This document shows positions 1 to 11,647 of a stretch of 64,000 nucleotides of DNA, piece by piece; within the stretch, counting starts at the first letter, position 1; each line of letters starts with the position of its first letter. The notes under the pieces were generated by a model. That model was given only the letters and a program-made list of their open reading frames with translations. It made no database searches and had not been told where the DNA came from. The translations under genes were made by a program, and so were the position numbers. The DNA lies in the sequence record SRR31156797_505. One strand, given 5' to 3'.

Positions 1-1483
1 TGACGTTGGTGCTGACCTTGTTGGTAAAGTAGAAGCAGGTATTCCTGAAGACGACCCAAGAAACCCTGGTGTAATCGCTGATAACGTTGGTGACAACGTT
101 GGTGATATCGCTGGTATGGGTGCTGACATCTTCGAGTCATACGTTGGTTCTATCATCGCAACACTTACAATCGCAGCTACAGCTTCCCCGATACTTCTTG
201 CGAAGCTTTCTGCAACAGGCGTCCCTACTACCGGACTCACAGCTAACCTTATGTTTATGCCTGTGTTCCTCGCTATCATTGGTCTTGTATCATCTATCAT
301 CGGTGTTTTCTCCATGAAGATGCTCAAGAACTCTGAGCCTGCTGCTGCACTGCGTAACTCTACATACATCGGCGCTGGACTTTTCCTCGTGGCTGCTTAC
401 TTCGCAATCACATCCGTAGGAATTACAACTGGCGTATTCTGGTCACTCCTTGCAGGTTCCCTTGTGGGTATCCTCATCGGTCTTGTGACTGAATACTACA
501 CAGCTGCCGGCCCTGTTAAAAGAATCGTTGAGGCATCTGTAACTGGTCCTGCGACAAACATCATCACTGGTTTTGCTGTTGGTCTCGAGTCAGTTGTTGT
601 GCCTGTAATCCTCATATGTGCTGGTATCTACGTGGCTAACCTTACTGCTGGTCTCTACGGTATCGGTATCGCTGCTGTTGGTATGCTTGCTACTGTTGGT
701 GTAACTATGACAGTTGACGCTTACGGTCCTATCGCAGACAACGCTGGTGGTATCTCTGAAATGGCTGAGCTCGGACCAGAGGTAAGAAGCATTACTGATA
801 ACCTTGACGCAATTGGTAACACAACTGCTGCTGTTGGTAAAGGTTTTGCGATCGGTTCTGCTGCTCTTACAGCACTTGCACTCTTCGCAGCTTACGCTTC
901 ATCTGCTGGTATCAAAACTATTAATATTATGACCCCTACAGTTGTTATCGGTCTCTTCGTTGGTGGCTCACTCCCATTCCTCGTTGGAGCACTTACAATG
1001 ACATCTGTTGGTAAAGCTGCTGAGCAGATGGTTGAAGAAATTCGCCGTCAGTTCCGTGAGATCCCTGGTCTCCTCGAAGGTAAAGAAGGTGTTAAACCTG
1101 ACTCTAAAACATGTGTAGATATCTCTACTGGTGCTGCACTTAAAGAGATGGTTCTTCCTGGTGTTATCGCGGTTCTCGCTCCTGTTGTTGTTGGTTTCGT
1201 TCTTGGTAAAGAAGCTCTCGGTGGTATGCTTGCCGGTGCAACAGTAACTGGTGTTCTCCTCGCACTCCTCATGTCAAATGCTGGTGGTGCTTGGGACAAC
1301 GCTAAGAAAGCTGTTGAAAAAGGCGCATGGGACAGTGATGGTAAAGGTACTGAGCAACATAAAGCTACAGTAACCGGTGATACAGTTGGTGACCCGTTCA
1401 AGGATACATCCGGTCCTGCTATGAACATTCTCATCAAGCTGATGTCAATCGTTTCACTTATCATTGCTCCGCTCATAGCGTAA
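1..1483 (+). CDS. hppA: Membrane-integral H+/Na+-translocating pyrophosphatase, 5'-truncated by the window edge; K+-dependent type
   Basis: The frame is open from position 2 and reads [22 protein letters not shown]...DNVGDNVGD. Later motifs are [19 protein letters not shown] and [14 protein letters not shown]. Many hydrophobic segments. Confidence 0.97.
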   Translation, partial: DVGADLVGKVEAGIPEDDPRNPGVIADNVGDNVGDIAGMGADIFESYVGSIIATLTIAATASPILLAKLSATGVPTTGLTANLMFMPVFLAIIGLVSSIIGVFSMKMLKNSEPAAALRNSTYIGAGLFLVAAYFAITSVGITTGVFWSLLAGSLVGILIGLVTEYYTAAGPVKRIVEASVTGPATNIITGFAVGLESVVVPVILICAGIYVANLTAGLYGIGIAAVGMLATVGVTMTVDAYGPIADNAGGISEMAELGPEVRSITDNLDAIGNTTAAVGKGFAIGSAALTALALFAAYASSAGIKTINIMTPTVVIGLFVGGSLPFLVGALTMTSVGKAAEQMVEEIRRQFREIPGLLEGKEGVKPDSKTCVDISTGAALKEMVLPGVIAVLAPVVVGFVLGKEALGGMLAGATVTGVLLALLMSNAGGAWDNAKKAVEKGAWDSDGKGTEQHKATVTGDTVGDPFKDTSGPAMNILIKLMSIVSLIIAPLIA

Positions 1484-1507
1484 AACTAGTTAATTATAAT
1501 AACTCTA

Positions 1508-1540
1508 AGACCCCAGTGCTTTTTGTGCTGGGGTTTTTTT
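1508..1540 (+). terminator. Rho-independent terminator after hppA
   Basis: GACCCCAG-tgctttttgtg-CTGGGGTT stem followed by a T run. Confidence 0.8.
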
Positions 1541-1578
1541 GTTTTAGAGTAAGATTTCTTGACGTAGGTTCATTAATC

Positions 1579-1597
1579 GATAATAATAATCGTTATC
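1579..1597. promoter_or_regulatory. Fur-family operator (Fur box)
   Basis: GATAATAATAATCGTTATC matches the Fur consensus GATAATGATAATCATTATC at 17 of 19 positions. It ends 28 bp upstream of the DUF4198 start codon. Confidence 0.8.
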
Positions 1598-1625
1598 AAT
1601 AATTTTTTGTTTAACGGGGGTTATT

Positions 1626-2480
1626 ATGCAGATGAAGTCAAAAGGATTCCAGAGAGCACTGCTCACACTTGTTATTATGCTTATGACAGCTCAGATAGTT
1701 TCAGCTCATTCAATGTATATCCAGTCAGGTCGGTTCACTGTGTCAGAAGGGCGCAGCACACCTATGTTTTTCTGTTTCGGTCATCATTTCCCTGTGGACG
1801 ATGCTGTCAGAAGTAAAAAGCTTAACTACATCAAGGTGCACAACCCGGATGGAAAGGTTACGGATATCAGCATTAAAGATGAAAAATCTCTCCACTCATA
1901 TAATATTAAATACGAAGCAAAAGGTACTTACGTCCTCACAGCGGAGACTAACCCTGGATACTTTGCTATGTATATCGATAAGAAAGGGCGTAAGCGTCAC
2001 TCTCTTAAGCCTATGAACACTTTCATCGACAATGCCAAAGAGGTTCTGACCAGTCTGCGCAGCAGTCAGTGGGCGAAGACTTACGTTGTAGCTGAAGAGC
2101 CGGATGAAAAGTTTCCTGCAAATGTAGGTCTGCCTCTGGAAATTGTACCTATGAGGGATGTTACAAATCTTAAAGTTGGCGATAAGGTTGAGTTTCAGAT
2201 GTATAACGAAGGTGAACCATACACTGGAAAAGGTACGTGGGATGCGACATATAACGGTTTCTCCACAGAGGCTGAGGATATGTTTATACCAAGAACAAAT
2301 GTGGATGGCGGAAAATTCAGCATTGAAATAACCCACAGCGACAGATGGTTTATACGCTATTTCACAAAGGTAGATGCAAAATCTGACGAAAAGAGGCTGT
2401 TCAGACAGAATAAACGTACATCCACGCTGGTTTTTATGGTGAAAAATGAGCGACGGAGACCAAAGCCGGCAAGCCATTAA
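1626..2480 (+). CDS. DUF4198-like exported protein (metal-uptake associated)
   Basis: Signal peptide ending VSA|HSMY, a FGHHFP motif, and 'WAKTYV...VGLPLEIVP' typical of DUF4198. Fur box upstream. Confidence 0.75.
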   Translation: MQMKSKGFQRALLTLVIMLMTAQIVSAHSMYIQSGRFTVSEGRSTPMFFCFGHHFPVDDAVRSKKLNYIKVHNPDGKVTDISIKDEKSLHSYNIKYEAKGTYVLTAETNPGYFAMYIDKKGRKRHSLKPMNTFIDNAKEVLTSLRSSQWAKTYVVAEEPDEKFPANVGLPLEIVPMRDVTNLKVGDKVEFQMYNEGEPYTGKGTWDATYNGFSTEAEDMFIPRTNVDGGKFSIEITHSDRWFIRYFTKVDAKSDEKRLFRQNKRTSTLVFMVKNERRRPKPASH

Positions 2481-2657
2481 CCCCAGCTTTAGTCTCAATG
2501 CGGCTTATTGTTTCTCAAGGTAGTGCATATGGTGTATATTTCGGTGGAAAATTAAGATTTTTTTCTGTACAGTAGCCTAACAAAAATACTAGATATACAC
2601 CCAGCGACCTGAGACGAACTTGTTCGGTGATAGTCGCAATAGAGGGAGGACGAGTCC

Positions 2658-3749
2658 TTGGGATTTAATTGCGGAATAGTTGGACTTCCCAATGTAGGGA
2701 AATCCACGATATTTAATGCACTCACAAAAGCAGGCGCAGCAAGCGCTAATTACCCTTTCTGTACCATCGATCCGAACACAGGTATTGTCCCTGTTATGGA
2801 CGATAGGCAGGATTTCATCATTCAATATGTAAAACCTAAATCAGTGGTTCGTACAACCATTGAATTTGTAGATATAGCTGGGCTCGTAAAGGGCGCAAGT
2901 CAGGGCGAAGGTCTGGGTAATCAGTTCCTTACTAACATTCGTCAGGTTGATGCGGTGGCGCACGTTGTCCGCTGTTTCGATGGCGAGGTGACACACGTTG
3001 AGGGTTCTGTTGATCCGCTTCGTGATATAGAGATTATCAACACCGAGCTTCTCCTTAGTGATATGGAGATCATCGACAGAGCTGTGGAGCGTACTAGGAA
3101 GCAAGCCAAAAGTGGTGACAAAGATATAAAGCGTAAATTTGAATATCTTGAAAAGCTTCAAGGACCAGTTGCAGAAGGGAAACTTATCCGGGAAATTGAC
3201 GGCTATGAAGAGATGGTTGCTGAACTTACTGAGTATCAGTTTATCACAGCTAAGCCGGTAATGTATGTTATGAACGTTGAGGAAGATGAACTCCTCGAAG
3301 ATAATGAGTATGCTAAATTAGTACGTGAGCACGCTGCAAAAGAGGGTGCTGTCTGCGTTAAAATATGCGGAAAGATAGAGCAGGAAATTTCTGAACTGGA
3401 CGAGGATGAAGCGAAGGAATTCTTAGCTGATCTCGGTTTAGAGAAGTCTGGATTAACTGAGATGACAGAGCAGGGGTATAAACTCCTTGACCTCATCACA
3501 TTTTTTACCGCCGGAGAGAAGGAAGTTCGTGCCTGGACTATCACAAAGGGCACATCGGCATCAAAAGCGGCTGGTAAAATCCATTCTGACATAGAGCGTG
3601 GATTTATTAGAGCTGAAACTGTCGGCTACTCTGATTTTAGCGAGTTGAAATCCCTTACAAAGGCTAAGGAAGTCGGTAAGATGAGGCTTGAAGGGAAAGA
3701 CTATACAGTTCAGGATGGAGATATTATATACTTCAGGTTCAATGTTTAA
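2658..3749 (+). CDS. ychF: Ribosome-binding ATPase YchF
   Basis: [38 protein letters not shown] and C-terminal FRFNV. TTG start with GGAGG RBS. Confidence 0.97.
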   Translation: MGFNCGIVGLPNVGKSTIFNALTKAGAASANYPFCTIDPNTGIVPVMDDRQDFIIQYVKPKSVVRTTIEFVDIAGLVKGASQGEGLGNQFLTNIRQVDAVAHVVRCFDGEVTHVEGSVDPLRDIEIINTELLLSDMEIIDRAVERTRKQAKSGDKDIKRKFEYLEKLQGPVAEGKLIREIDGYEEMVAELTEYQFITAKPVMYVMNVEEDELLEDNEYAKLVREHAAKEGAVCVKICGKIEQEISELDEDEAKEFLADLGLEKSGLTEMTEQGYKLLDLITFFTAGEKEVRAWTITKGTSASKAAGKIHSDIERGFIRAETVGYSDFSELKSLTKAKEVGKMRLEGKDYTVQDGDIIYFRFNV

Positions 3750-4491
3750 AAAACTTATAATCGCTACACTGATAACACTTTTTGCCGTGAGCGCCTTTGC
3801 GGAAGATGTCGTAGAGGTCATGGGGAATGTTTCTGTCAAAAAGACATTCGCCTACGAAAAGCCATCTTTTAAGAGTAAGGCTCTGGCACGCCTCGGTAAA
3901 AATTCGAAAGTTCTCATCCTCGGAAAAGATGGTGACAACTGGCTTAAAGTTCGACTTTTCAATAAATCAACTGCTTACGTTTACTCTAAATATGTAACAT
4001 TCAAATACGAGAATATCACCAGAAAGGAATCACGCCATAAAGTTTTGGTAGAGATAAAAAATCTACTCAGTCAGTTTAATGATACTGTGCAGTCTTCCTG
4101 GTTTGCTGAGAAGCAGAAGGTGATACCTGCGTTGTTTTTTCAAGCGGGTAAGGAACCGGACGTAATATCCCTCCTTTACTGCTCTGTTAACGAGAAAGGA
4201 CAGCCTGTCCCTTCGCTGAAAGAGAACCCTTTACAGAAAGATATGTTAAAATTAATCGAACTCGTTTTTATGAAAATGATAGTCATGCCTTACAACAGGT
4301 ATAAGATAAATATTGTAGTTCCGGATTTTATCTCTGGTGCTTATAAAGGGCGAACAGAGGTTTATACTCAGCTTTCGCTGGATAAGAATTTTGCGAACCT
4401 TAACGAGATAAAGAACGGTACGGGAAGCGTCTGGGATTATGTCCGCAGTGCCAAACGTCCTGAAGAAATTTTCGTCGATTACCCGCATTAG
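3742..4491 (+). CDS. Exported protein with N-terminal SH3b-like domain
   Basis: Signal peptide [20 protein letters not shown], then an SH3-like segment (KPSFKSKAL...VLILGKDGDNWLKV...AYVYSKYV). The start overlaps the end of ychF. Confidence 0.65.
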   Translation: MFKKLIIATLITLFAVSAFAEDVVEVMGNVSVKKTFAYEKPSFKSKALARLGKNSKVLILGKDGDNWLKVRLFNKSTAYVYSKYVTFKYENITRKESRHKVLVEIKNLLSQFNDTVQSSWFAEKQKVIPALFFQAGKEPDVISLLYCSVNEKGQPVPSLKENPLQKDMLKLIELVFMKMIVMPYNRYKINIVVPDFISGAYKGRTEVYTQLSLDKNFANLNEIKNGTGSVWDYVRSAKRPEEIFVDYPH

Positions 4492-4552
4492 CGGCATCAC
4501 TGACGATAAGGCGTGACAATATAAATAACGATTACAGTTAGGAGCAAAAGAG

Positions 4553-5032
4553 ATGAGTCTCACACATTTTGATGAAGAGGGAAGAAGCCGGATGGTGGAT
4601 GTTACCGAAAAGGGTGAGACTGTCCGTGAGGCGATAGCAGAAGGCTACATAAAGATGAAGCCGGAGACTCTTCAGCTTCTCATTGATGGAAAGATGGCGA
4701 AAGGGCGTAACGTCTTCGAGGTAGCCCGTGTGGCTGCTGTTATGGCGGTCAAACAGACGCATAATCTCATCCCCATGTGCCACCCCCTCCAGATAACAGG
4801 TGTTGATGTCTACTTCACTCCGGATAAAGAAAATTCTAAAGTTGATATTCAGGTAAAAGTTAAGATGGCTGGTAAGACAGGCGTTGAGATGGAGGCGCTT
4901 ACAGGTGTTTCCGTTGCCGGTCTTACTATATATGACATGTGTAAAGCTGTTGATAAAGATATGGTCATCGGCGACATAAAAGTCATGAAGAAGACTGGCG
5001 GTAAGTCAGGCACTTACGAGAGAGGTAAGTAA
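4553..5032 (+). CDS. moaC: Cyclic pyranopterin monophosphate synthase MoaC
   Basis: LTHFD...MVDV, LIPMCHPL, GVEMEAL, YDMCKAVD and KTGGKSG. Confidence 0.97.
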   Translation: MSLTHFDEEGRSRMVDVTEKGETVREAIAEGYIKMKPETLQLLIDGKMAKGRNVFEVARVAAVMAVKQTHNLIPMCHPLQITGVDVYFTPDKENSKVDIQVKVKMAGKTGVEMEALTGVSVAGLTIYDMCKAVDKDMVIGDIKVMKKTGGKSGTYERGK

Positions 5033-5862
5033 TGCGTGTACATATGGCGCAGACAAAGCCGGTACTTGGCAATGTTGAAAAGAATGCAGAGAAACATTTT
5101 GAGATTATAAGGGAAGCCGTAGCTGGCGGATGCGATGTTGTCGTATTTCCTGAGCTCTCGCTCACAGGCTACTACCTTCTTGATCTCGTTTACGAAGTAG
5201 CAATGGATCAGACACATCCTATCTATAAAAAGTTTTTAGAGCTCTCCAAAGATATAGCGATTGTTTTCGGCTATGTGGAAGAGTCTGCCGACAGACAGTT
5301 TTATAACTCTGCGGCATTTGTCCATAGGGGCGAAACAGTTCATACCCACCGGAAGGTATATCTCCCTGACTACACCCTTTTCGAAGAGGGGCGTTACTTT
5401 TCAGCCGGAAATAATTTTAAAGCTTTTGACACTGAGTTTGGCAAGTTCGGAATCCTTGTTTGCGAAGATGCATTCCACATGAGTGCGCTCTATATCCTTT
5501 CTCAATCAGGTGTTCATAATATAATTATCATGTCTAACAGCCCAGCTAGGGGTAATCTCGAAGAGGGGCACGATGCATCTAACATCTGGCAGACGTCTAA
5601 TGAATATGTCGCCGGAGTTCTTACCGTCAGCCTCATCTATGTGAACAGGGCTGGTGTAGAGGACGGTGTGACTTTCTGGGGCGGATCAGAAGCTTACGAT
5701 GCTCGGGGTAAAAAACTGACAGCACTCGGCATGTTTAAAGAGGATGCAGGCTGTGTTGAGATAGATATGAAGACCGTCCGCAGAGCCCGGATAGAAACTC
5801 CTTTCCTTCGTGACGAAAAGAGCTATATTTTGAAAAACCACTTAAACGAGAGGGGGCAGTAA
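5032..5862 (+). CDS. Carbon-nitrogen hydrolase (nitrilase family), probable glutaminase subunit of NAD synthetase
   Basis: Glu-Lys-Cys triad motifs VFPEL, HRKVYLP and ILVCED. It ends 1 bp before the nadE start codon. Confidence 0.9.
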   Translation: MRVHMAQTKPVLGNVEKNAEKHFEIIREAVAGGCDVVVFPELSLTGYYLLDLVYEVAMDQTHPIYKKFLELSKDIAIVFGYVEESADRQFYNSAAFVHRGETVHTHRKVYLPDYTLFEEGRYFSAGNNFKAFDTEFGKFGILVCEDAFHMSALYILSQSGVHNIIIMSNSPARGNLEEGHDASNIWQTSNEYVAGVLTVSLIYVNRAGVEDGVTFWGGSEAYDARGKKLTALGMFKEDAGCVEIDMKTVRRARIETPFLRDEKSYILKNHLNERGQ

Positions 5863-5863
5863 G

Positions 5864-6676
5864 ATGAAGCTGAACCTCGAACTTACAACTGAAATCTTAG
5901 CTAATTTTATAAAAGAAGAGACTGAGAAGATCGGTCTGAAAAATGTTGTACTTGGGCTTTCAGGCGGTATAGATTCCGCTCTCAGTGCGGCGATAGCGGC
6001 GAAAGCATTCGGCGGAGAAAGGGTTTACGCCTACTGTATGCCGTATAAGCTTTCAAGCAAAGAATCACTAGAGGACGCTATCAAGGTGGCGGAGGCGTTT
6101 AACCTAAACTTCGAAGTGATAGAGATAACCGACATGGTTGACCCTTATATCAATATGAATCCTGATATGAGCAAACTCCGCATGGGTAATGTTATGGCTC
6201 GCCAGCGTATGGTGTGCCTCTTTGATATGTCTGCAAAGGTTAGCGGTCTTGTACTTGGAACAAGTAATAAGACTGAGCTTCTGCTAGGCTATGGAACATG
6301 GTACGGCGACCTTGCCAGTGCCCTTAACCCTATTGGTGACCTGTATAAAACTCAGGTGTGGGAACTCTCAGAGTACCTGGGTATCCCTGAATCAGTAATT
6401 GTAAAACAGCCGACTGCCGACCTCTGGGTTGGTCAGACGGATGAACAGGAGCTTGGCTTCACCTATAAACAGGCGGACGAGCTTTTATATAAAATGGTCG
6501 ATGAGCGCATGAGAATTAATGAGCTTATCGAAGACGGCTTCGAGGCTGACTTTGTAAATAACGTTTATGAGCGTATGAGAAGGAGTCAGTTTAAGAGACG
6601 CACTACGGTGATAGCAAAGGTAAGCCAGCGAACTATCGGTCGTGACTTCCGCTACTGCCGTGACTGGGGCTATTAG
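5864..6676 (+). CDS. nadE: NAD+ synthetase (synthetase domain only)
   Basis: [32 protein letters not shown] and PTADLW.GQTDE. Confidence 0.95.
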   Translation: MKLNLELTTEILANFIKEETEKIGLKNVVLGLSGGIDSALSAAIAAKAFGGERVYAYCMPYKLSSKESLEDAIKVAEAFNLNFEVIEITDMVDPYINMNPDMSKLRMGNVMARQRMVCLFDMSAKVSGLVLGTSNKTELLLGYGTWYGDLASALNPIGDLYKTQVWELSEYLGIPESVIVKQPTADLWVGQTDEQELGFTYKQADELLYKMVDERMRINELIEDGFEADFVNNVYERMRRSQFKRRTTVIAKVSQRTIGRDFRYCRDWGY

Positions 6677-6730
6677 TGCTTGGCAGCACAGGCATATCAC
6701 TAAGCTGTGACCTTATGCCGAGTGCCTTGC
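6677..6730 (+). repeat. Structured dispersed repeat (GCAGCAC..AGGCATATCACTAAG family) after nadE stop
   Basis: Hairpin GCAC-AGGCATA-TCAC...GTGA-TATGCC-GTGC. Shares ATCACTAAG with the copies after guaB and after the IclR gene. Confidence 0.55.
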
Positions 6731-6771
6731 TTTTCGCCTCCTGTTAGTCGGCTGAAATGTAACAATATCTT

Positions 6772-6841
6772 GTCATTCTGAGCGTATGCGAAGGATCTGA
6801 TGGTTTAAGATTTTTCATAACCTGTGGTTATTCAGAGTGAC
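6772..6841 (+). repeat. REP-like palindromic element (GTCATTCTGAG...GAAGGATCT...AGAT...TCAGAGTGAC)
   Basis: Termini GTCATTCTGA and TCAGAGTGAC pair (one G-U). Inner GAAGGATCT/AGATTTTTC and ATAACC/GGTTAT stems. A half copy lies at 8431-8457. Confidence 0.7.
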
Positions 6842-6866
6842 GTAATTAAATATATATACGAGGTAA

Positions 6867-8345
<1,479 letters not shown>

Positions 8346-8419
8346 GCGTACAGCCTTATCACTAAGTGAGTGAGCATATTGTGCCACCTCGCTTTGCGCA
8401 TCACGTTGTGATGCTGATA
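8346..8419 (+). repeat. Dispersed ~75-bp element, copy A (copy B at 26806-26884, minus strand)
   Basis: ATCACTAAGTG...CCTCGCTTTGCGCATCACGTTGTGATGCTGATA aligns with the reverse complement of 26806-26884. Confidence 0.75.
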
Positions 8420-8430
8420 GATAAAAAGAG

Positions 8431-8457
8431 TGTCATTCAGAGCGAAGCGAAGAATCT
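8431..8457 (+). repeat. Half copy of the REP-like element
   Basis: TGTCATTCAGAGCGAAGCGAAGAATCT versus TGTCATTCTGAGCGTATGCGAAGGATCT at 6771. Confidence 0.65.
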
Positions 8458-8548
8458 GAACCTGTGGCATATAAAGCACCTACAGCTAGTGACTAAAAGG
8501 AACGATAATAACGAGGAAGCAGATTGCGTCCTCTCTAAAGGTAGAAAA

Positions 8549-10096
8549 ATGGACATTCATAGTCAGAAGGTTTTAATTTTAGATTTCGGATCACAGTACA
8601 CACAGCTCATCGCAAGAAGAGTTCGTGAAGCTAATGTTTACTGTGAGATTTTTCCATGTACTGTAGATTTCGAGAAGATAAAGGATTACGGAGCGAAAGG
8701 TATCATCCTCTCCGGTGGTCCATCATCCGTTTACGATGAAGATGCACCAAAAGTTTCAAATGAGATTTACGAGCTTGGCGTGCCTGTTCTTGGTATATGC
8801 TATGGGCATCAGCTCACAGGTATGTACTTCGGCGGTGTGGTAGCTGAGGCTGACCACAGGGAGTACGGTCGTGCCGGACTTTACGCTGATAAAGACGATC
8901 TTTTCTTCTCAGATATCAAAGAAGATAGCTTTGATGTTTGGATGAGTCACGGCGACAGGCTGGATAAAATGCCTGAAAATTTTAAAGTTATAGCTAAAAC
9001 TGACAATGCGCCTGTTGCGGCTATGCGTCACGAAACAAGACCAATATACACTATTCAGTTCCACCCAGAGGTGGCGCACACTGTTAATGGTGCTCAGATA
9101 TTAGAAAATTTTGTAGTGAAGATTTGCGGATGCGAACAGATGTGGACACCGCATAACTTCGTAGAATCAGAGATAGAGCGAATCAGAGAGCTTGTTGGCG
9201 ACCGCAGAGTTCTTTGCGGACTTTCCGGCGGTGTTGATTCATCTGTTGCGGCGGTTCTCATTCATAAAGCTATCGGTGACAATCTTACTTGCGTATTCGT
9301 TGATAACGGACTCCTCCGTAAAGACGAAGGTAAGCAGGTTGAGGAAGCTTTCAAAAATGAATTTAAACTTAACCTTATCTGTGTGAATGCAGAAGACAGA
9401 TTCCTCGAAGTTCTCAAAGGACAGACTGACCCGGAGAAGAAGCGCAAGGCGATAGGTAATATGTTTGTGCGCATCTTTGAAGAGGAATCAGCGAAGCTTG
9501 GCGAATTCGATTTTCTCGCACAGGGGACACTTTACCCTGACGTAATCGAGTCGGTATCCTTCAAAGGACCATCAGCGACTATCAAGACTCACCACAATGT
9601 GGGCGGTCTGCCGGAAGATATGAAATTTGAGCTCCTTGAGCCCCTTCGTGAACTCTTCAAAGATGAAGTTCGTCAGGTCGGTCTTGAGATGGACATCCCT
9701 GATAAATTTATCTGGAGACATCCATTCCCTGGTCCTGGACTAGGCGTAAGGGTTCTAGGTGAGGTGACAAAAGAGCGTTGTGACACCCTCCGTGAGGCGG
9801 ATGCAATATATATGGAAGAGCTTCATAAAGCTGATCTTTATAAGAAGATATGGCAGGCGTTTACTGTTCTGCTACCTGTTAATACCGTTGGTGTTATGGG
9901 TGATAACAGGACTTATGAAAACGCTGTGGCTGTGCGTGCAGTTGAGTCAACAGACGGTATGACTGCCGACTGGGCACACATACCATATGAAGTTCTCGGG
10001 CGTATATCCAACAGGATTATCAACGAAGTTCGTGGTATCAACAGAGTCGCTTACGACATCAGCTCTAAGCCGCCTGCAACCATCGAATGGGAGTAG
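8549..10096 (+). CDS. guaA: GMP synthase (glutamine-hydrolysing)
   Basis: [40 protein letters not shown] and [10 protein letters not shown]. The start is set at MDIHSQK because the upstream ORF extension is repeat-derived. Confidence 0.97.
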   Translation: MDIHSQKVLILDFGSQYTQLIARRVREANVYCEIFPCTVDFEKIKDYGAKGIILSGGPSSVYDEDAPKVSNEIYELGVPVLGICYGHQLTGMYFGGVVAEADHREYGRAGLYADKDDLFFSDIKEDSFDVWMSHGDRLDKMPENFKVIAKTDNAPVAAMRHETRPIYTIQFHPEVAHTVNGAQILENFVVKICGCEQMWTPHNFVESEIERIRELVGDRRVLCGLSGGVDSSVAAVLIHKAIGDNLTCVFVDNGLLRKDEGKQVEEAFKNEFKLNLICVNAEDRFLEVLKGQTDPEKKRKAIGNMFVRIFEEESAKLGEFDFLAQGTLYPDVIESVSFKGPSATIKTHHNVGGLPEDMKFELLEPLRELFKDEVRQVGLEMDIPDKFIWRHPFPGPGLGVRVLGEVTKERCDTLREADAIYMEELHKADLYKKIWQAFTVLLPVNTVGVMGDNRTYENAVAVRAVESTDGMTADWAHIPYEVLGRISNRIINEVRGINRVAYDISSKPPATIEWE

Positions 10097-10278
10097 TCGG
10101 TAGCACCGACAGGCATGATGCCGCTATCGAAAAACTACAGTTTTTCTCAGGTGGTGTATGTTAGCGCACGGCTTTAGTGGCACTATCGGAATCGTAGATC
10201 CCTCAGGTGCTGTTATTTACAAAAACCACTTGAGAAACGAAGGTTCGATTGTGGCAATATGCCTGCCGATGCTATCGG
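10097..10278. mobile_element. MITE-like ~180-bp element with imperfect terminal inverted repeats
   Basis: TCGGTAGCACCGACAGGCAT (10097-10116) matches the reverse complement of 10259-10278 (CCGATAGCATCGGCAGGCAT) at 16 of 20 positions. Inner arms TTTCTCAGGTGGT/ACCACTTGAGAAA. It starts right after the guaA TAG. Confidence 0.6.
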
Positions 10279-10302
10279 CGCCAACAGAGGAGTAGCGAAG
10301 CT

Positions 10303-11535
10303 GTGAAATTTGAAAGATTTGTGGCGAAGCGGTATTTAAAGAGTCGTAAGTCAAACAAGATACTTTCTTTCATATCAGGGATTTCGATTTTAGGAATACT
10401 TCTCGGTGTCGCTACACTTATCGTTGTGGTCAGCGTTATGAGCGGTTTCTCTGATAATTTGAAGAATAGAATTCTCGGCGCAAATGCTCACATAGTTGTA
10501 AACCGTGTGGATGTTTCGCCTATAGATAGCTGGCGCTCTGTCAGTAAAATTATAGAAGATGTCGAAGGCGTTAAGGGTGTTTCTCCTTTTATAATAAATC
10601 AGGTACTGCTCACCAGCGAGGCGAATGTCTCCGGTGTGGTTGTGCGTGGGGTTGTACCGGAGGAAGAGCTTAAGGTCACGGCTATAGAGAAATTTATGGT
10701 GGACGGCTATTTTAACGACATAGGACAGCTTGCGGAGAGCGGTAAACCTCAGATAGCTCTTGGTAAAGAGCTTGCGGCGAGCCTTGGCGTTCTGCTCGGA
10801 GATGAGGTCGTTATGGTTTCCCCATTTGGTAAGAAGGGACCTTTCGGTATCACACCTAAGATGAAGCGTTTCGAAGTTGCCGGAGTTTTTGATACAGGAA
10901 TGTACGAGTATAACAACACTCTCGCATATATAAATATTGCGTCTGCGCAGGAATTTTTTGGCACAGGGGATGTAGCATCCGGCTTCAGCGTTAGCACGGT
11001 TGATTTTGACAGGGCTGTAGATATCGCTGATGACATCCAGAGCAAGCTTGATTTCCCTTTCTGGTCGAGAGACTGGATAAGCATGAATAAAAATCTTTTT
11101 TCAGCGTTAAAGCTCGAGAAGTATGCGATGTTTATCATCCTGACACTCATTATTATCGTGGCCTCATTTAATGTAATAAGCATGATAACTGTCACTGTGA
11201 AAGACAAAAAACGTGATATAGCCATTATGCGTGCTATGGGTGCGCCTGAGCGCATGATATCGAGCATATTTATGAAGCAGGGGATGATAATCGGGATGAC
11301 TGGAACTATTCTGGGGAATGTACTCGGTTTCATAATTTGTGTTGCACTTGAAAGGTTTAAACTGATTTCTCTGCCAGAAGATGTTTATTTTATGGACAGG
11401 ATACCGGTTAAGATGGAACTCTCGACCTTTATTGTGGTAACAATTTGTGCATTATTAATCACTTATATTGCAGGTCTCTTTCCAGCACGCCAATCAGCTA
11501 AGCTTGACCCTATCGAAGCACTTCGCAGAGAGTGA
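10303..11535 (+). CDS. lolE: Lipoprotein-releasing ABC transporter permease (LolC/LolE family)
   Basis: FVAKRYL, LIVVVSVMSGF, NLFSALKLEK, DIAIMRAMGA and PARQSAKLDPIEALR. GTG start with AGGAG RBS. Confidence 0.9.
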   Translation: MKFERFVAKRYLKSRKSNKILSFISGISILGILLGVATLIVVVSVMSGFSDNLKNRILGANAHIVVNRVDVSPIDSWRSVSKIIEDVEGVKGVSPFIINQVLLTSEANVSGVVVRGVVPEEELKVTAIEKFMVDGYFNDIGQLAESGKPQIALGKELAASLGVLLGDEVVMVSPFGKKGPFGITPKMKRFEVAGVFDTGMYEYNNTLAYINIASAQEFFGTGDVASGFSVSTVDFDRAVDIADDIQSKLDFPFWSRDWISMNKNLFSALKLEKYAMFIILTLIIIVASFNVISMITVTVKDKKRDIAIMRAMGAPERMISSIFMKQGMIIGMTGTILGNVLGFIICVALERFKLISLPEDVYFMDRIPVKMELSTFIVVTICALLITYIAGLFPARQSAKLDPIEALRRE

Positions 11536-11647
11536 ATATTACCTTTACTCACCTAGATTAATATTTACATTTATTTGTAGTCACACTTCTTAGAGATCAT
11601 GGATAATAGTGATCTGATGTGCTAGTTTATTATATGAGGTGGCTTAC

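Noticed and set aside
8366..8548. 61-aa N-terminal extension of GuaA in the ORF track
   Set aside because: It runs through two repeat elements. Homology starts at MDIHSQK (8549), which has its own purine-rich RBS.
10249..10302. Upstream start for lolE
   Set aside because: It lies inside the fold-back element. The GTG at 10303 has an AGGAG RBS and gives the typical N-terminus.
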